A DNA stretch of 63,716 nt, the filler included, from Limisphaerales bacterium (GTDB taxonomy: Bacteria; Verrucomicrobiota; Verrucomicrobiia; Limisphaerales; SIBE01), in assembly GCA_044225505.1 (NCBI GenBank). It is 3 parts of 3 records of this genome, joined end to end, with 100 filler letters (N's around TTAATTAATTAA, not from the genome) between each part and the next. Parts side by side here need not be neighbours in the genome. Positions count along the whole stretch, not along the records: positions 1 to 22,092 come from JBGAIN010000143.1; 2 more parts are not named here. One strand, given 5' to 3'. Under the pieces are notes generated by a model that made no database searches, was not told the DNA's origin, and saw only the letters and a list, made by a program, of their open reading frames with translations. Made by a program: the position numbers and the translations under genes. Shown piece after piece: positions 1 to 10,323 of the stretch (position 1 is the stretch's first letter; the number at the start of each line of letters is the position of its first letter).

Positions 1-75
1 AAAAGCACCGGTCCCTTCCAGCAACGAAAGCACCGGAGCACGGTCAGACGGGCGAATGGGACGAATCTGCTTCAT
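1..75 (-). CDS. N-terminus of probable GNAT N-acetyltransferase (runs off window edge)
   Basis: Not in ORF track. ATG at 75 overlaps the TGA of the upstream gene (ATGA). Translates [25 protein letters not shown], a GNAT-like 'IRP..P.DR' start. Confidence 0.6.
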   Translation of the reverse strand, partial: MKQIRPIRPSDRAPVLSLLEGTGAF

Positions 76-1193
76 GGGAGAACGCGAGCCGTTGCACACC
101 GGAGCAATTCTTCAAGCAATGCGGGATAGCTCCACCCCCCGGTCTCAGCGGCACGAGCGATGCCATAACCGGGAACCAAATCTGGATTCGGATTCACCTC
201 CAAAACCTGCGGCACGCCGCGCGCGTCCAATCGAAAATCGATCCGTGCATAGCCCTTCAACTGGAAGGCCGCTGCGCAAGCGAACGCCGTTTTCTCCAAC
301 GCGGTGTAAAGCACCCGCGAAATGGTTGCCGGATAAACGGCTTCGACGGCCGCATAGGAGGGATGACGCTCATTCCATTTTGCTTCAAACGTGCAAACCC
401 GCCAGCGATCGCTGTGATACACGTATTCACTCGGCGGCAGAATCTGGTAAGGAACTGCGTGATCTCCATTTCCAAGCACCGCGACGTGAAACTCGCGTCC
501 GCCCATAAACTCTTCCACGAGGGCCTCGTGTCCTTGACTCTTCAGCACCCTAGCGACTCGCCGCTGAAGCGCGGGCAAGGTGTCGACAACACTCGTGTCG
601 TCAATGCCCACGGAACCGTCTTGCCGCAGCGGCTTTACCATCAGCGGGAAGCGCAGTTTAGGGACTCGATCAGGCACCTGAGCACAGACGCAATAACGTG
701 GCGTGGCAATTCCTCGGGCCACGAGGACCTCTTTGGCTAAACCTTTGTCTTTGCACAGTGACAATGGCAGAAGACCGTTTCCGGTATACGGAATCCGCAG
801 GAGCTCCAAAAACGCGACCGCATGGGGCTCCATGTCATAATAGCTGAGGGGGGATTCTGCCAGATTGAGGACCACGTCCGGTCGAAACGCCCGTAGTTTG
901 GTTCCAAGTTCCAGAACATCTCGGCCAAAAGGGACCCGCAGAACGGCATGGCCCAACGATTTCAAGGCGCTTTGAGCGAGCCGCGCATTGGAACTCAAAT
1001 CTTCGGCTTGGCGCCGCTGGCGAGACGCCGTCGCCAGGGCTGTTCCGCAAGTGGTGTAGAGGATAGCGACGCGCCGTGGCCTCGAGATTTTTTGACTGTT
1101 CGACGAGCGAAAGTGGGTTGCGTTCACGCAGTTCAGCAACTCGGGCTCGCCTAAGCCAACGAAGTGGTTCCGGCAAAAAGCGGCCAAGCACAC
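72..1193 (-). CDS. D-Ala-D-Ala ligase-like ATP-grasp protein (true start uncertain, possibly GTG 1127)
   Basis: Motifs [50 protein letters not shown]. Confidence 0.85.
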   Translation of the reverse strand: MCLAAFCRNHFVGLGEPELLNCVNATHFRSSNSQKISRPRRVAILYTTCGTALATASRQRRQAEDLSSNARLAQSALKSLGHAVLRVPFGRDVLELGTKLRAFRPDVVLNLAESPLSYYDMEPHAVAFLELLRIPYTGNGLLPLSLCKDKGLAKEVLVARGIATPRYCVCAQVPDRVPKLRFPLMVKPLRQDGSVGIDDTSVVDTLPALQRRVARVLKSQGHEALVEEFMGGREFHVAVLGNGDHAVPYQILPPSEYVYHSDRWRVCTFEAKWNERHPSYAAVEAVYPATISRVLYTALEKTAFACAAAFQLKGYARIDFRLDARGVPQVLEVNPNPDLVPGYGIARAAETGGWSYPALLEELLRCATARVLP

Positions 1194-1308
1194 TTATCTT
1201 GGCAGTGAAACGGGCACAGGCGCAAGCGCGACGTATATCCGACCGGCTGCCCAGCCGCAGGCTTCACGTCAGACTTGTCGCCGCTCTTTAAGAAGCGTAA
1301 AAGCAAGT

Positions 1309-2058
1309 ATGCACCCGGGAATCCCAGTCCTACGGAAAGCTTTTACGCTGATTGAACTCCTAGTGGTCATCGCCATTATCGCTATTTTAGCCGGCATGCT
1401 TCTTCCCGCGCTGGCTAAAGCGAAAGCCAAAGCTCAAGAGACTTACTGCTTGAACAACATGAAGCAAATCGGCCTGGGCGTGACGATGTACGGGCCCGAC
1501 TACAACGAGCGCTTTCCCTGGGCGCTATCGTGGGGACGCGCTTGGGGGGTCGATCACAAGCTAGGGGACCAGTACCTTCCCGCTCTGCTCGAGCCTTATA
1601 TCGGCAAGAATACGGGGACCAACAACTTGGCGACGAATCGGGCCAAAGCCAGTCTTCCGAGGTCCAGCACTTTCGTTTGTCCAGCGGCGAATCGGGCTAA
1701 AGACCGAGCGGTTCCAGGGTTAGCGCAAATGATCCGGGACAATGATTTCGTCACTTACGTATGGAACCATATCTACCTGAAAAAGCGTCTGAGCGCGTCC
1801 GACCCGTCAACCTACGAAACGAGCCGGCCGGTGAGCGGCCGAAAAACCACGGATGTTATTAATCCGTCTTCCGCCGTGTTGCTTTGGGAATTGCCCTACT
1901 GGACCCCACAAGATTCCCCACATCATTTTGGCATCAACCTTGTCTTTGCCGATTGTCATGCCGGGTATGAGCGCCGCAACCCAAAAGAAACCGATTGGTG
2001 GAGCTTTCACAGCCGGCGCGGTTGGGAAGACAACGACCCGACGGGCATCGCCCGGTAG
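1309..2058 (+). CDS. Prepilin-type N-terminal cleavage/methylation domain protein (DUF1559-like) with variant H-X9-DG motif
   Basis: [58 protein letters not shown]. Confidence 0.9.
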   Translation: MHPGIPVLRKAFTLIELLVVIAIIAILAGMLLPALAKAKAKAQETYCLNNMKQIGLGVTMYGPDYNERFPWALSWGRAWGVDHKLGDQYLPALLEPYIGKNTGTNNLATNRAKASLPRSSTFVCPAANRAKDRAVPGLAQMIRDNDFVTYVWNHIYLKKRLSASDPSTYETSRPVSGRKTTDVINPSSAVLLWELPYWTPQDSPHHFGINLVFADCHAGYERRNPKETDWWSFHSRRGWEDNDPTGIAR

Positions 2059-2096
2059 GGATCGAGGAGAGCGGCCCAGGACACCCCGCTAACGAC

Positions 2097-3338
2097 CTAT
2101 CCACGGGTTCGATTTCGAGCCGAACCCTGGCCCAGGATTCGGCGGACGACGCGAAGCAACGATTGCACTTCGGATTCCGTGCCGACCGTGATTCGGAGAT
2201 AGTCCCGGACGTCAGGAGCGCTGAACCATCGAACTAAGACTTTCTGTTCGCGCAACTTGGCGAGCCACTCCTCCGCCGTGAATTCGGGCGGGCGAGTCAG
2301 GAGAAAATTGGTTTGGCTGGGCAGCACCTCGAAACCGAGGTTCGTCAACTCTTCTGTTAGATGTCCCCGGGAAGCGAGGATTCGGCGAAAGTTTCTCTGG
2401 TAATAGTCGAGAGAATCCAAGGTAGCCTCAGCCGCGACCTGCCCCACACCATTGACGTTGTAGCTGTCGCGCATTTTGTGCAGGGCCGTGATCAGCGCGG
2501 GGTGTCCGACAAAGTAGCCCACCCGCAGGAAGCAAAGGGAGTAGGCCTTGGAAAAAGTTCGCGAGACGATGACATGCGGATAGCGCAATGCCAATTCCAT
2601 CGCGTTGCCCTCCGCAAAATCAACGTATGCTTCATCCAATATGACAACGCCTTGGTGACTCTGACAAAGCCTTTCCAGGGCAGAGTGACTATAACCGCGG
2701 CCGCTGGGCGCATTTGGAGTCGTGACGAACGTTAATGCGGCTCGCGCGTCCCAATTGGGAACAGGTTGGCCACTTGCACCGGGCAGTGAGAAATCTTTTT
2801 CCAACGAAACAGGGCGCGGATAGGCGCCGTGCGCCGCGGCCAGCACCGAATACAACGAGTAACTGGGCTGAAAGTACTGAACCTCATACCGGCTTGCGCT
2901 CAGCGCTCCGGAAACTTCGGCAGGCAATGACGCCACCTGTTTTGAACCTCTTCTGAGCAGACCTTTGCCCTTGGCATTATGCAAGGCGTAATGCGTCAAA
3001 CCGGTCAGCGGTTCCACAAACGTCCGCGTGGCCAATGCCAGAAGTTCATCCGAGCCGTTGCCAACGATGATATTCTCCGGACCACAACCATGGAACGCCG
3101 CCAGCTTGGTCCGCAATCCGTCGGCGGTTGGATTTGGATAGAGTCGCAGGCGGCCGTCAATCGCGCGGCGCACAATAGCTTTTACTTGCGGCGATGGGCC
3201 ATAAGGATTCTCGTTAGTATTGAGCTTGATCAGTCCCTTGATTTTGGGCTGTTCCCCGGGCACATAGGCCTCCAGGTTTCGGACAAGAGACCGAACGAGT
3301 TCGTCCGGTTGAAGCAAGCGGCCTGGGCGGGGATGCAT
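2097..3338 (-). CDS. hisC: Histidinol-phosphate aminotransferase
   Basis: YVPGEQP, IKLNTNENPY, GNGSDELL, DEAYVDF, RTFSKAY (PLP Lys), LRITVG; adjacent to hisD. Confidence 0.95.
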   Translation of the reverse strand: MHPRPGRLLQPDELVRSLVRNLEAYVPGEQPKIKGLIKLNTNENPYGPSPQVKAIVRRAIDGRLRLYPNPTADGLRTKLAAFHGCGPENIIVGNGSDELLALATRTFVEPLTGLTHYALHNAKGKGLLRRGSKQVASLPAEVSGALSASRYEVQYFQPSYSLYSVLAAAHGAYPRPVSLEKDFSLPGASGQPVPNWDARAALTFVTTPNAPSGRGYSHSALERLCQSHQGVVILDEAYVDFAEGNAMELALRYPHVIVSRTFSKAYSLCFLRVGYFVGHPALITALHKMRDSYNVNGVGQVAAEATLDSLDYYQRNFRRILASRGHLTEELTNLGFEVLPSQTNFLLTRPPEFTAEEWLAKLREQKVLVRWFSAPDVRDYLRITVGTESEVQSLLRVVRRILGQGSARNRTRG

Positions 3339-3372
3339 TTCAAAATCCTTCTTTTCCCTGGTTCAAACGACG

Positions 3373-4686
3373 CTACGATGCTTTTCGGCTCTTCGGTTCC
3401 AGCCGGATGGTGGCCGACCGACCGTGGCCATCGAGACCCTCAACCCCAGCGAACTGCAAGACCGCCGGAACGGACTTACGCAGCGCGTCGCGGGTGTACT
3501 CCACGATACTGGTCCGTCGTTGAAATTGATCCACGGTCAATCCGGCGAAACAAGCCCCAGCTCCGCCTGTAGGCAAAACATGACTCGGACCTGCCACGTA
3601 ATCTCCTAAGACCGTTGGCGAAAATGGCCCCATAAAAATCGCTCCTGCGGTCCGAATCTCCCCCGCCACGCGGCCAGGATTACGGGTCAGGATTTCGCAA
3701 TGCTCGGGTGCCAGAGCATTCGTCAACCGAACTGCGTCGTCGATCGACTTGACTTGCACAAGCCAACCATTTTGGTCCAAGGCGCGCCGGATGAATTCGC
3801 GGCGCTGCCGCGACGGAAGCTGGGCTTCAATCTCGCGCTCGACGGAACGTAAGAGCTTAAAGGATGGCGTTAAGAGCCAGACCCGTTCGTGACCAGAGCC
3901 ATGCTCTGCCTGCGCGAGCAAGTCCGCTGCAACAAACCTGGGATCCGCACTGTCGTCGGCGATCACAAGCACTTCACTAGGACCGGGCAGAAGGTCGACC
4001 GAGACGTAGCCGCAGAGAAGCCGTTTCGCAGCCACAACATAGGCGTTCCCCGGACCGAAAATCTTCTGCACTCGCGCTACCGCTCCTGTCCCGAGCGCCA
4101 GTGCCGCGATCGCTTGCGCTCCGCCCGCGCGATAGATCTCCGTCGCGCCCGCTGTGTTGACGGCGAACAGCAACGCCGCGTTGATGCGACCATCCTTGCC
4201 AGGTGGTGTCGCCACGACGATCTCAGGACAACCCGCCGCTCGCGCCAAAACGATGGTCATCAGCGCTGTGGAAACGAGCGGAGCAGTTCCCCCCGGGATA
4301 TACACCCCAATCCGCTGAAAAGGGTCGAACTTCTCACCGACGCGCGCACCTTGCGCGTTCCGTGACGTCCAATTCTTACGGAGGGAGCGGCGGGCAAACC
4401 CCTCGATATTCCTGCGGGCCAATGTTACCGCCTGGCGCAACTCCTGGTCCGCCTGGAGCGAAGCATCCATGAGCTCGGATTTCGTTACTCTTAACTGCTC
4501 GACCGTCAAGCGAGGCCCATCAAAGCGTTCGGTCAGTTCGAGCAAGGCCTCATCGCCGCGACAGCGGACAGCGTCAATAATGGCTCGAGTTCGTTCTTCA
4601 ATGGTAGAATCGAACAGGCTGGACGGAGCGGTCAAAACACGAATCTGATCGCGATAGTCCTGGTCCGAGTGGCGAAGCATCTTCAT
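3373..4686 (-). CDS. hisD: Histidinol dehydrogenase
   Basis: GVYIPGG, GGAQAIAALA, KIFGPGNAYV, GPSEV, DLLAQAEHG, APEH, GDYVAGPSHVLPTGG; start set at ATG 4686. Confidence 0.96.
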   Translation of the reverse strand: MKMLRHSDQDYRDQIRVLTAPSSLFDSTIEERTRAIIDAVRCRGDEALLELTERFDGPRLTVEQLRVTKSELMDASLQADQELRQAVTLARRNIEGFARRSLRKNWTSRNAQGARVGEKFDPFQRIGVYIPGGTAPLVSTALMTIVLARAAGCPEIVVATPPGKDGRINAALLFAVNTAGATEIYRAGGAQAIAALALGTGAVARVQKIFGPGNAYVVAAKRLLCGYVSVDLLPGPSEVLVIADDSADPRFVAADLLAQAEHGSGHERVWLLTPSFKLLRSVEREIEAQLPSRQRREFIRRALDQNGWLVQVKSIDDAVRLTNALAPEHCEILTRNPGRVAGEIRTAGAIFMGPFSPTVLGDYVAGPSHVLPTGGAGACFAGLTVDQFQRRTSIVEYTRDALRKSVPAVLQFAGVEGLDGHGRSATIRLEPKSRKAS

Positions 4687-4696
4687 CGAAGCGATG

Positions 4697-4725
4697 ACGC
4701 TAAGAGATTGTCCAAAAAAAGTCAA
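4697..4725 (-). promoter_or_regulatory. Putative sigma70 promoter of hisDC
   Basis: TTGACT-N17-TAGCGT on minus strand, 10 nt before ATG 4686. Confidence 0.55.
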
Positions 4726-4811
4726 AACGCTCTACCGCGCAACCGGGGCACGGACTCGAGGGAGCAGGCGTAAGCGGTAACCGTTCGAACCGAGAACAGA
4801 AATCTTAAAGC

Positions 4812-5894
4812 TTAATCCCCAAAACTGATCCCAAGCGCCCGAGCGGTTTGGACAATATCGCCGTCCGGAGCCACAGACCGAAGCCGGCCAATCGCTCGCG
4901 TTAACTTCACAGGAACGATGTCAGGTGGTTGTAAGGAAACCATCGTTCCATAATTCTGATCCGCAATTAGCTGCACGGCTCGCGCGCCGAAACGGGTGCA
5001 CAAGAGTCGATCGGCCGTGGTCGGTCCCCCGCCCCGCTGCAAGTGGCCCAACACGCAAAGCCGGGTCTCTTTGCCAGTGCGCTTTTGGATCTCCGCAGCC
5101 ACTAATGCGCCGATTCCTCCCAGCCTCGTCTCGCGGTCAACAGCCCCAGCCCCGGCCGTCACAAAGCCCTTCCCCGCTTCGCGCGCACCTTCCGCCACGA
5201 CCACAAGGGTAAACGCTTTTCCTTCGTGTTCCCGTTCAGAGATTTTCTCACAGAGACTCTCATAACGAAACGGGATCTCCGGGATAAGGATGACGTCCCC
5301 TCCCCCCGCGATTCCGGAGTAAGCTGCGATCCATCCCGTATAGCGCCCCATGACCTCCAGGACCATAACTCGCTTGTGACTTTCAGCCGTGGTGCGCAGT
5401 CGGTCCAAGGCATCGGTTGCGCAGGCGACCGCAGAATCAAAACCAAACGTCGAAACCGTCGCTTCCAAATCATTGTCGATGGTCTTGGGAACCCCAATAA
5501 TCGGAACGCCGTGCTCAAACAATTGCTGGGCAATCGTCAGCGAGCCGTCTCCGCCCACGCAAACCAGAGCACGAAGTCCCAAATGCTGGAAACTCGCGCG
5601 CGCGGCCGTCAATATCTCCTCAGGAATTCGCTGGGTCTCTCCGAAGCCAGCTTTGGCTGTAAACCGGCCGCGATTCGTCGTTCCGAGAATGGTCCCGCCC
5701 ACATGGAGCAAAGCATCCATGTCCTTGTAGTTTAGTTTCCGGTACTGCACCGGATCGAGCAACCCCTCGAAGCCCTCGAGAAACCCAATTGTTTCCCACC
5801 CACGCTTGCTCGCCGATTTAACGACCGCTCGAATAACTGCGTTAAGCCCCGGACAATCCCCTCCACCCGTGAGAATGCCAATACGTTCGTTCAT
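4812..5894 (-). CDS. pfkA: 6-phosphofructokinase (group III, probably ATP-dependent)
   Basis: TGGGDCPGLNAVIR, GGTILGT, GGDGS, PKTIDNDL, EVMGR, LGHLQRGG. Confidence 0.93.
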   Translation of the reverse strand: MNERIGILTGGGDCPGLNAVIRAVVKSASKRGWETIGFLEGFEGLLDPVQYRKLNYKDMDALLHVGGTILGTTNRGRFTAKAGFGETQRIPEEILTAARASFQHLGLRALVCVGGDGSLTIAQQLFEHGVPIIGVPKTIDNDLEATVSTFGFDSAVACATDALDRLRTTAESHKRVMVLEVMGRYTGWIAAYSGIAGGGDVILIPEIPFRYESLCEKISEREHEGKAFTLVVVAEGAREAGKGFVTAGAGAVDRETRLGGIGALVAAEIQKRTGKETRLCVLGHLQRGGGPTTADRLLCTRFGARAVQLIADQNYGTMVSLQPPDIVPVKLTRAIGRLRSVAPDGDIVQTARALGISFGD

Positions 5895-6084
5895 GCACGT
5901 GTTTTCTCACAGCCGCTCTAAAATAGCACGCTTCAACCTGGGAGAGACGATTCAGATGCAGCGCGGTGACAGGCCCGACCGCGCCGTTCGGACAGCGCTC
6001 GAGCCTCAACCGGAACACAGTGCGGCAACCTCGTACCGAAAGGTCTGGAGCGACGCTGCCTTCGCCTCCGCGCGACCCCACGCC

Positions 6085-7212
6085 TCATGAGGGAGCTGCA
6101 ACCGCGCGCTTTTCCATGATCGATTCGACGATTTTTCTAGCCAGCTCCGGCTTTTCCAAGAGGGCCAATCGCGCCGCATCCTTCCCCTGACCGATCAGCT
6201 CACCGTTAAACTGGAGCCATGCTCCTTTCTTCTCAACAACGCCCGCGTCAAGCCCGACGTCGAGGATGCTACCTTCTTTATTAATCCCCTGGTTGAAATA
6301 GATGTCGAACTCGGCTTCAACGAACGGAGGAGCCACTTTGTTCTTCACGACTTTAACCTTCACGTGGTTCCCAATCGCATTTCCCGCAGCGTCCTTAATC
6401 GTGTCCTTGCGCCGAATGTCTAAACGGACGCTGGCGTAGAACTTCAACGCCTTACCGCCCGGGGTCGTTTCGGGATTGCCAAACATGACGCCGACCTTCT
6501 CGCGGATCTGGTTCGTGAAGACGCAGGTCGTTTTCGCCTTGGACAGGATCGCCGTTAGTTTCCGCAACGCTTGACTCATCAACCGAGCTTGCATGCCCAT
6601 CGTCGCCATCCCCATCTCGCCTTCCAGTTCGGCCTTGGGCACGAGTGCGGCCACCGAGTCGATCACAATGACATCGAGCGCATTGGACCGAGCGAGCGTT
6701 TCACAGATCGTGAGCGCCTCTTCTCCACTGTCCGGCTGAGACACCAGCAGATCATTCAAATTAACCCCCAATCGTTTCGCGTAACCGGGATCCAGTGCGT
6801 GTTCGGCGTCGATAAATGCCGCCAACCCACCCGAGCGCTGGGCATTCGCGATCACATGCAGCATGAGTGTTGTCTTTCCGGAGGATTCCGGCCCGAAGAT
6901 TTCAACGACCCTCCCCCGCGGCAACCCGCCGACCCCCAACGCCAGGTCGACGGCCAAGGCGCCCGTCGGAATCACTTCGATTCGCACTTTATGGGAATCT
7001 CCCAAGCGCATGATACTCCCTTCGCCATACGCTTTCGTGATGGTTGAAATGGCGGATTCCAGATCCCGTTGACGAGCTGCGCTCATTTTCGCCGCCTCCG
7101 CCGCGCGTGCATCGGTGGGTGCTTTCTCAGCGGGCTTCTCCGATGCTTTTTCAGTTCCTTTTTCGACCGGGGCTTTCTCGCTCGACGATTTCTCCGTAGA
7201 CTTAGGCGGCAT
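6085..7212 (-). CDS. recA: Recombinase RecA
   Basis: [67 protein letters not shown]. Confidence 0.99.
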   Translation of the reverse strand: MPPKSTEKSSSEKAPVEKGTEKASEKPAEKAPTDARAAEAAKMSAARQRDLESAISTITKAYGEGSIMRLGDSHKVRIEVIPTGALAVDLALGVGGLPRGRVVEIFGPESSGKTTLMLHVIANAQRSGGLAAFIDAEHALDPGYAKRLGVNLNDLLVSQPDSGEEALTICETLARSNALDVIVIDSVAALVPKAELEGEMGMATMGMQARLMSQALRKLTAILSKAKTTCVFTNQIREKVGVMFGNPETTPGGKALKFYASVRLDIRRKDTIKDAAGNAIGNHVKVKVVKNKVAPPFVEAEFDIYFNQGINKEGSILDVGLDAGVVEKKGAWLQFNGELIGQGKDAARLALLEKPELARKIVESIMEKRAVAAPS

Positions 7213-7251
7213 AAATTTGAGTTGTGGACGTATCCCTTTAGATTTGCCGAT

Positions 7252-7280
7252 AGAATAGGGGAAGATCAGAAACCGGTCAA
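7252..7280 (-). promoter_or_regulatory. Putative sigma70 promoter of recA
   Basis: TTGACC-N17-TATTCT on minus strand, about 40 nt upstream of ATG 7212. Confidence 0.65.
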
Positions 7281-7386
7281 CTTTCCGACACAACTCTTCT
7301 GTCTCCGTCGCAACGTGACGACGAAGCTAGTCTCGAAGGCTGAATGGCTGGCTCGGACGCACCCTAACGGCCGGTTCGCCGGGAGC

Positions 7387-8259
7387 TCACCGGCACTGAG
7401 AAGTCAGCGTCTTAACCTTCATCACCCACTCGTTTGCATCGAGCGGTTTCACCAAGTAGCCCTTCACGCTAAACTGCGCAGCCCTTCGAATGTCGCCCGG
7501 CGCGGTAGACGACGTCAAAATCACCACGGGCAAATCGTTCCAACGCATCTCCTGTCTCAACCATTCGATCACCTTCAAGCCACTTCGGCCCGGCATGTTC
7601 AAATCCAGGACGAGCAACCGCGGCAACGGAAATTGCTCGCGATCTCCCCAAATCCCGTCTCCGATCAGGTAACGAATCACGGCGTCACCATCGGAAACAC
7701 GGACCAACCGATCGTCCACTCCAGCTTTACGCCACGCCCGCGCCATTAAAGCCGCGTCGTCGTCGTTGTCCTCTGCCCAGAGGACAACGTCATGACCGGT
7801 AGACTTGTCAATAGCCTCTTCGCTGCCCTCGACACTCACGCGCAACCGTTCGTGGCAAAGCCACAGTTCAGTCTCCAGCCGACGCCGATCGGTGACGTCG
7901 CGTTGCAGGTAAAGGATGCCTTCAGCGACTCCAAACTCGTCATACAACAAGCTGACCTTCACCGCGATCCAAGCCATGTGGAAATGTGCACGAAACAACT
8001 CCAACTCCGCCTCCCAATCCGAATTGGCCAAGTCCACAACCGACAGTTGCCGTCTTTCCAATTCGCTCCAGAGGCCAGGACACCATTGGCTGAGGGAGCT
8101 GTCCATCGCCAATTCCGTTTGGACCCCGTAAAACTGCTCTGCGCCACTGTTCCAAAACAGAATCCGATGATCGAGGTCCGTCACGATGATGACGTCCTCC
8201 ATTTCGGCAAGGATCCGCGCAAGAAAGGCGGAGCCGCACCTCGAATCATGCGTTATCAT
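7387..8259 (-). CDS. PAS domain + receiver (Rcp1-like) response regulator
   Basis: PAS: IIVTDLDHRILFWNSGAEQFYG ... RDVTDRRRLE. REC: AEDNDDD, LVLDLNMPGRSG, VVILTSS, YLVKP. Start set at ATG 8259. Confidence 0.85.
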   Translation of the reverse strand: MITHDSRCGSAFLARILAEMEDVIIVTDLDHRILFWNSGAEQFYGVQTELAMDSSLSQWCPGLWSELERRQLSVVDLANSDWEAELELFRAHFHMAWIAVKVSLLYDEFGVAEGILYLQRDVTDRRRLETELWLCHERLRVSVEGSEEAIDKSTGHDVVLWAEDNDDDAALMARAWRKAGVDDRLVRVSDGDAVIRYLIGDGIWGDREQFPLPRLLVLDLNMPGRSGLKVIEWLRQEMRWNDLPVVILTSSTAPGDIRRAAQFSVKGYLVKPLDANEWVMKVKTLTSQCR

Positions 8260-8487
8260 ACCAGGCGTGCGTTGAGATTCTGGGACAATTTTACAATAAG
8301 CGACACTCCACGCCTTTTGGCAATAGGGGTTCGTCCGAAAACCAGGTGAGTGAGATGACGATATTGTGCGGACACGATCGATGGAGGTATCCGCCGACGC
8401 CGGGGTGCCAATCTGGCGGGGGCCGCCCTGATCGTCCATGGAAAAAGCTGGCAGCCATCCAACAGCCCTGCAACGATAGGCCTTGTC

Positions 8488-10323
8488 ATGACGCGCTGGC
8501 GGCTCCGAAATTGTCCCTTCGATTCACGTTACTCCTCTCCGCTCTGGCTTTGGATGACCGTGCTCATCGTCACGTGCGCTGCCCTGTCGGGAAGTGACTA
8601 TGTGGACCACTCCAAGCTAAGCGCGCAGCTCCGCCAATTCGCCGATCAACACCCACAAACAGTACACCTCACCCCTCTTGCCCAGAGCACAGGCCACCGC
8701 GATCTTTGGCTGGTTGAACTCGGGGTCGGCTCGGAGGACGAACGAAAATCCAGGCCCGCGCTCTTGCTCGTCGCTGGGATTGAAGGAAATGATCTCACTG
8801 GAAGCGCCGTGGCACTCGCTTTTGTAGAACGTCTGGCGAACTCCGCGGATCAAGACCCAGTTGTCCGGGACTTATTGCGGCAAAACACCGTGTACGTGCT
8901 TCCCCGCGTCAATCCTGACGCGGCAGAAAGCTACTTTCTTCGCCCGCGGCAAGAACGGGCGGGAACCAGCACACCAACCGACAACGATCACGACGGATTG
9001 ACCGACGAAGATGGACCAGAGGATTTGAACGGCGATGGCCTGATCACTTCCATGCGGGTCGCCGACCCAGATGGCGAGTATGTCCCGGATCCTAACGAGC
9101 CCCGCCTTCTCCTCCGGGCTGAAAAGGCGCGCGGGGACAAGGCCGTCTGGAAGCTCCTCACGGAGGGTATCGACAACGATCGCGATGAACAATGGAACGA
9201 AGATCCTCCTGGTGGAGTGAATCTGAATCGCAATTTTCCATATCGCTATGCCTACTTCGATCACCATTCGGGGTTACACCCGGTTAGTGAAATCGAGAGC
9301 CGGGCGCTGGCCGATTTCTTCGTGCGTCGTCCGAACATCGCCATCGTCTTCACTTACGGCATGGCGGATAATTTAATTCAAACGCCCAAATCCGAACCGG
9401 GCGGTAAACGCCCGCCAACTGCGATCCAGGAAGCCGACGAACCATACTACAAGGAATTGGGCAAGGTTTATCGGGAGGCCGTCGGCTTGAACAAGGAACT
9501 CACCGGAGCATCCGAACCAGGGACGTTCTCCGATTGGGTATATTTTCATCGTGGGCGGTTTTCGCTAGCCGCCAAGGCGTGGAGTCCATGGATGCAGATT
9601 GAAATCGACAAAGCGCGCGCGGGCGCGGACCGAGACGGGAAGACAAACCGACTCGATACGGCCAAGGACTCTAATCCGAAAGGCACAAATCAGGTTTCAA
9701 CCCCAGTTCCCACTCAGGGTCCCGGCGAAACGGCTAAAGCGGTCAAAGACGGCCCGGGAGGATCTGCGGACAAGCGCGGCGAGTCTGAGCGGGAAATCCT
9801 TAAGTGGTTCGACACCCACGCGCCCGAGGCTTACCTTCCGTGGAAGGTATTCCCCCACCCTGACCTGACCAATCGAACGGTGGAGATTGGAGGGTGGGCT
9901 CCGTTCGCTCTGACCACGGCCCCCACGAATACACTCGATGCTATTTGTGAGAAGCAAATTCGTTTTCTCACGAATCTCGTCGGCCGATTGCCTCGGATAG
10001 CGTTGCGCCAGCCAAAGATCACACCTTTAGGCAATGGCCTCTTCGAGCTTAAGCTGCAGATTGAAAACGTCGGTTACCTCCCAACAGCCCTGGCGCAAGG
10101 GACCTTAACGCGCGAAGTGCTACGAACTCGGGTGGTTTTGGGGATGGACGAACGCCGGATTCTAGCAGGGCGAAAGACGACATTCCTCGGCCCAATCGCA
10201 GGGAGTGGTGGTATGGAAGAAGTCCGTTACGTGATTCGGTCACCTGGACCTTGTTCCATTGAAGTGGTCTCGGCACTGGGAGGGTCCGCTCGACAAACCA
10301 TCGAATTCAAGGAGGAACAGTGA
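8488..10323 (+). CDS. Secreted M14 carboxypeptidase-like protein, Zn ligands degenerate
   Basis: Signal-like N-terminus; M14 elements VLPRVNPD, VNLNRNFP, SEIESRAL; DxDxDG repeats; GIEGND where HxxE is expected. Confidence 0.85.
   Translation: MTRWRLRNCPFDSRYSSPLWLWMTVLIVTCAALSGSDYVDHSKLSAQLRQFADQHPQTVHLTPLAQSTGHRDLWLVELGVGSEDERKSRPALLLVAGIEGNDLTGSAVALAFVERLANSADQDPVVRDLLRQNTVYVLPRVNPDAAESYFLRPRQERAGTSTPTDNDHDGLTDEDGPEDLNGDGLITSMRVADPDGEYVPDPNEPRLLLRAEKARGDKAVWKLLTEGIDNDRDEQWNEDPPGGVNLNRNFPYRYAYFDHHSGLHPVSEIESRALADFFVRRPNIAIVFTYGMADNLIQTPKSEPGGKRPPTAIQEADEPYYKELGKVYREAVGLNKELTGASEPGTFSDWVYFHRGRFSLAAKAWSPWMQIEIDKARAGADRDGKTNRLDTAKDSNPKGTNQVSTPVPTQGPGETAKAVKDGPGGSADKRGESEREILKWFDTHAPEAYLPWKVFPHPDLTNRTVEIGGWAPFALTTAPTNTLDAICEKQIRFLTNLVGRLPRIALRQPKITPLGNGLFELKLQIENVGYLPTALAQGTLTREVLRTRVVLGMDERRILAGRKTTFLGPIAGSGGMEEVRYVIRSPGPCSIEVVSALGGSARQTIEFKEEQ

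Noticed and set aside
7213..7386. LexA box upstream of recA
   Set aside because: No TGTTC-N4-GAACA (reported Verrucomicrobia box) or CTGT-N8-ACAG found by eye
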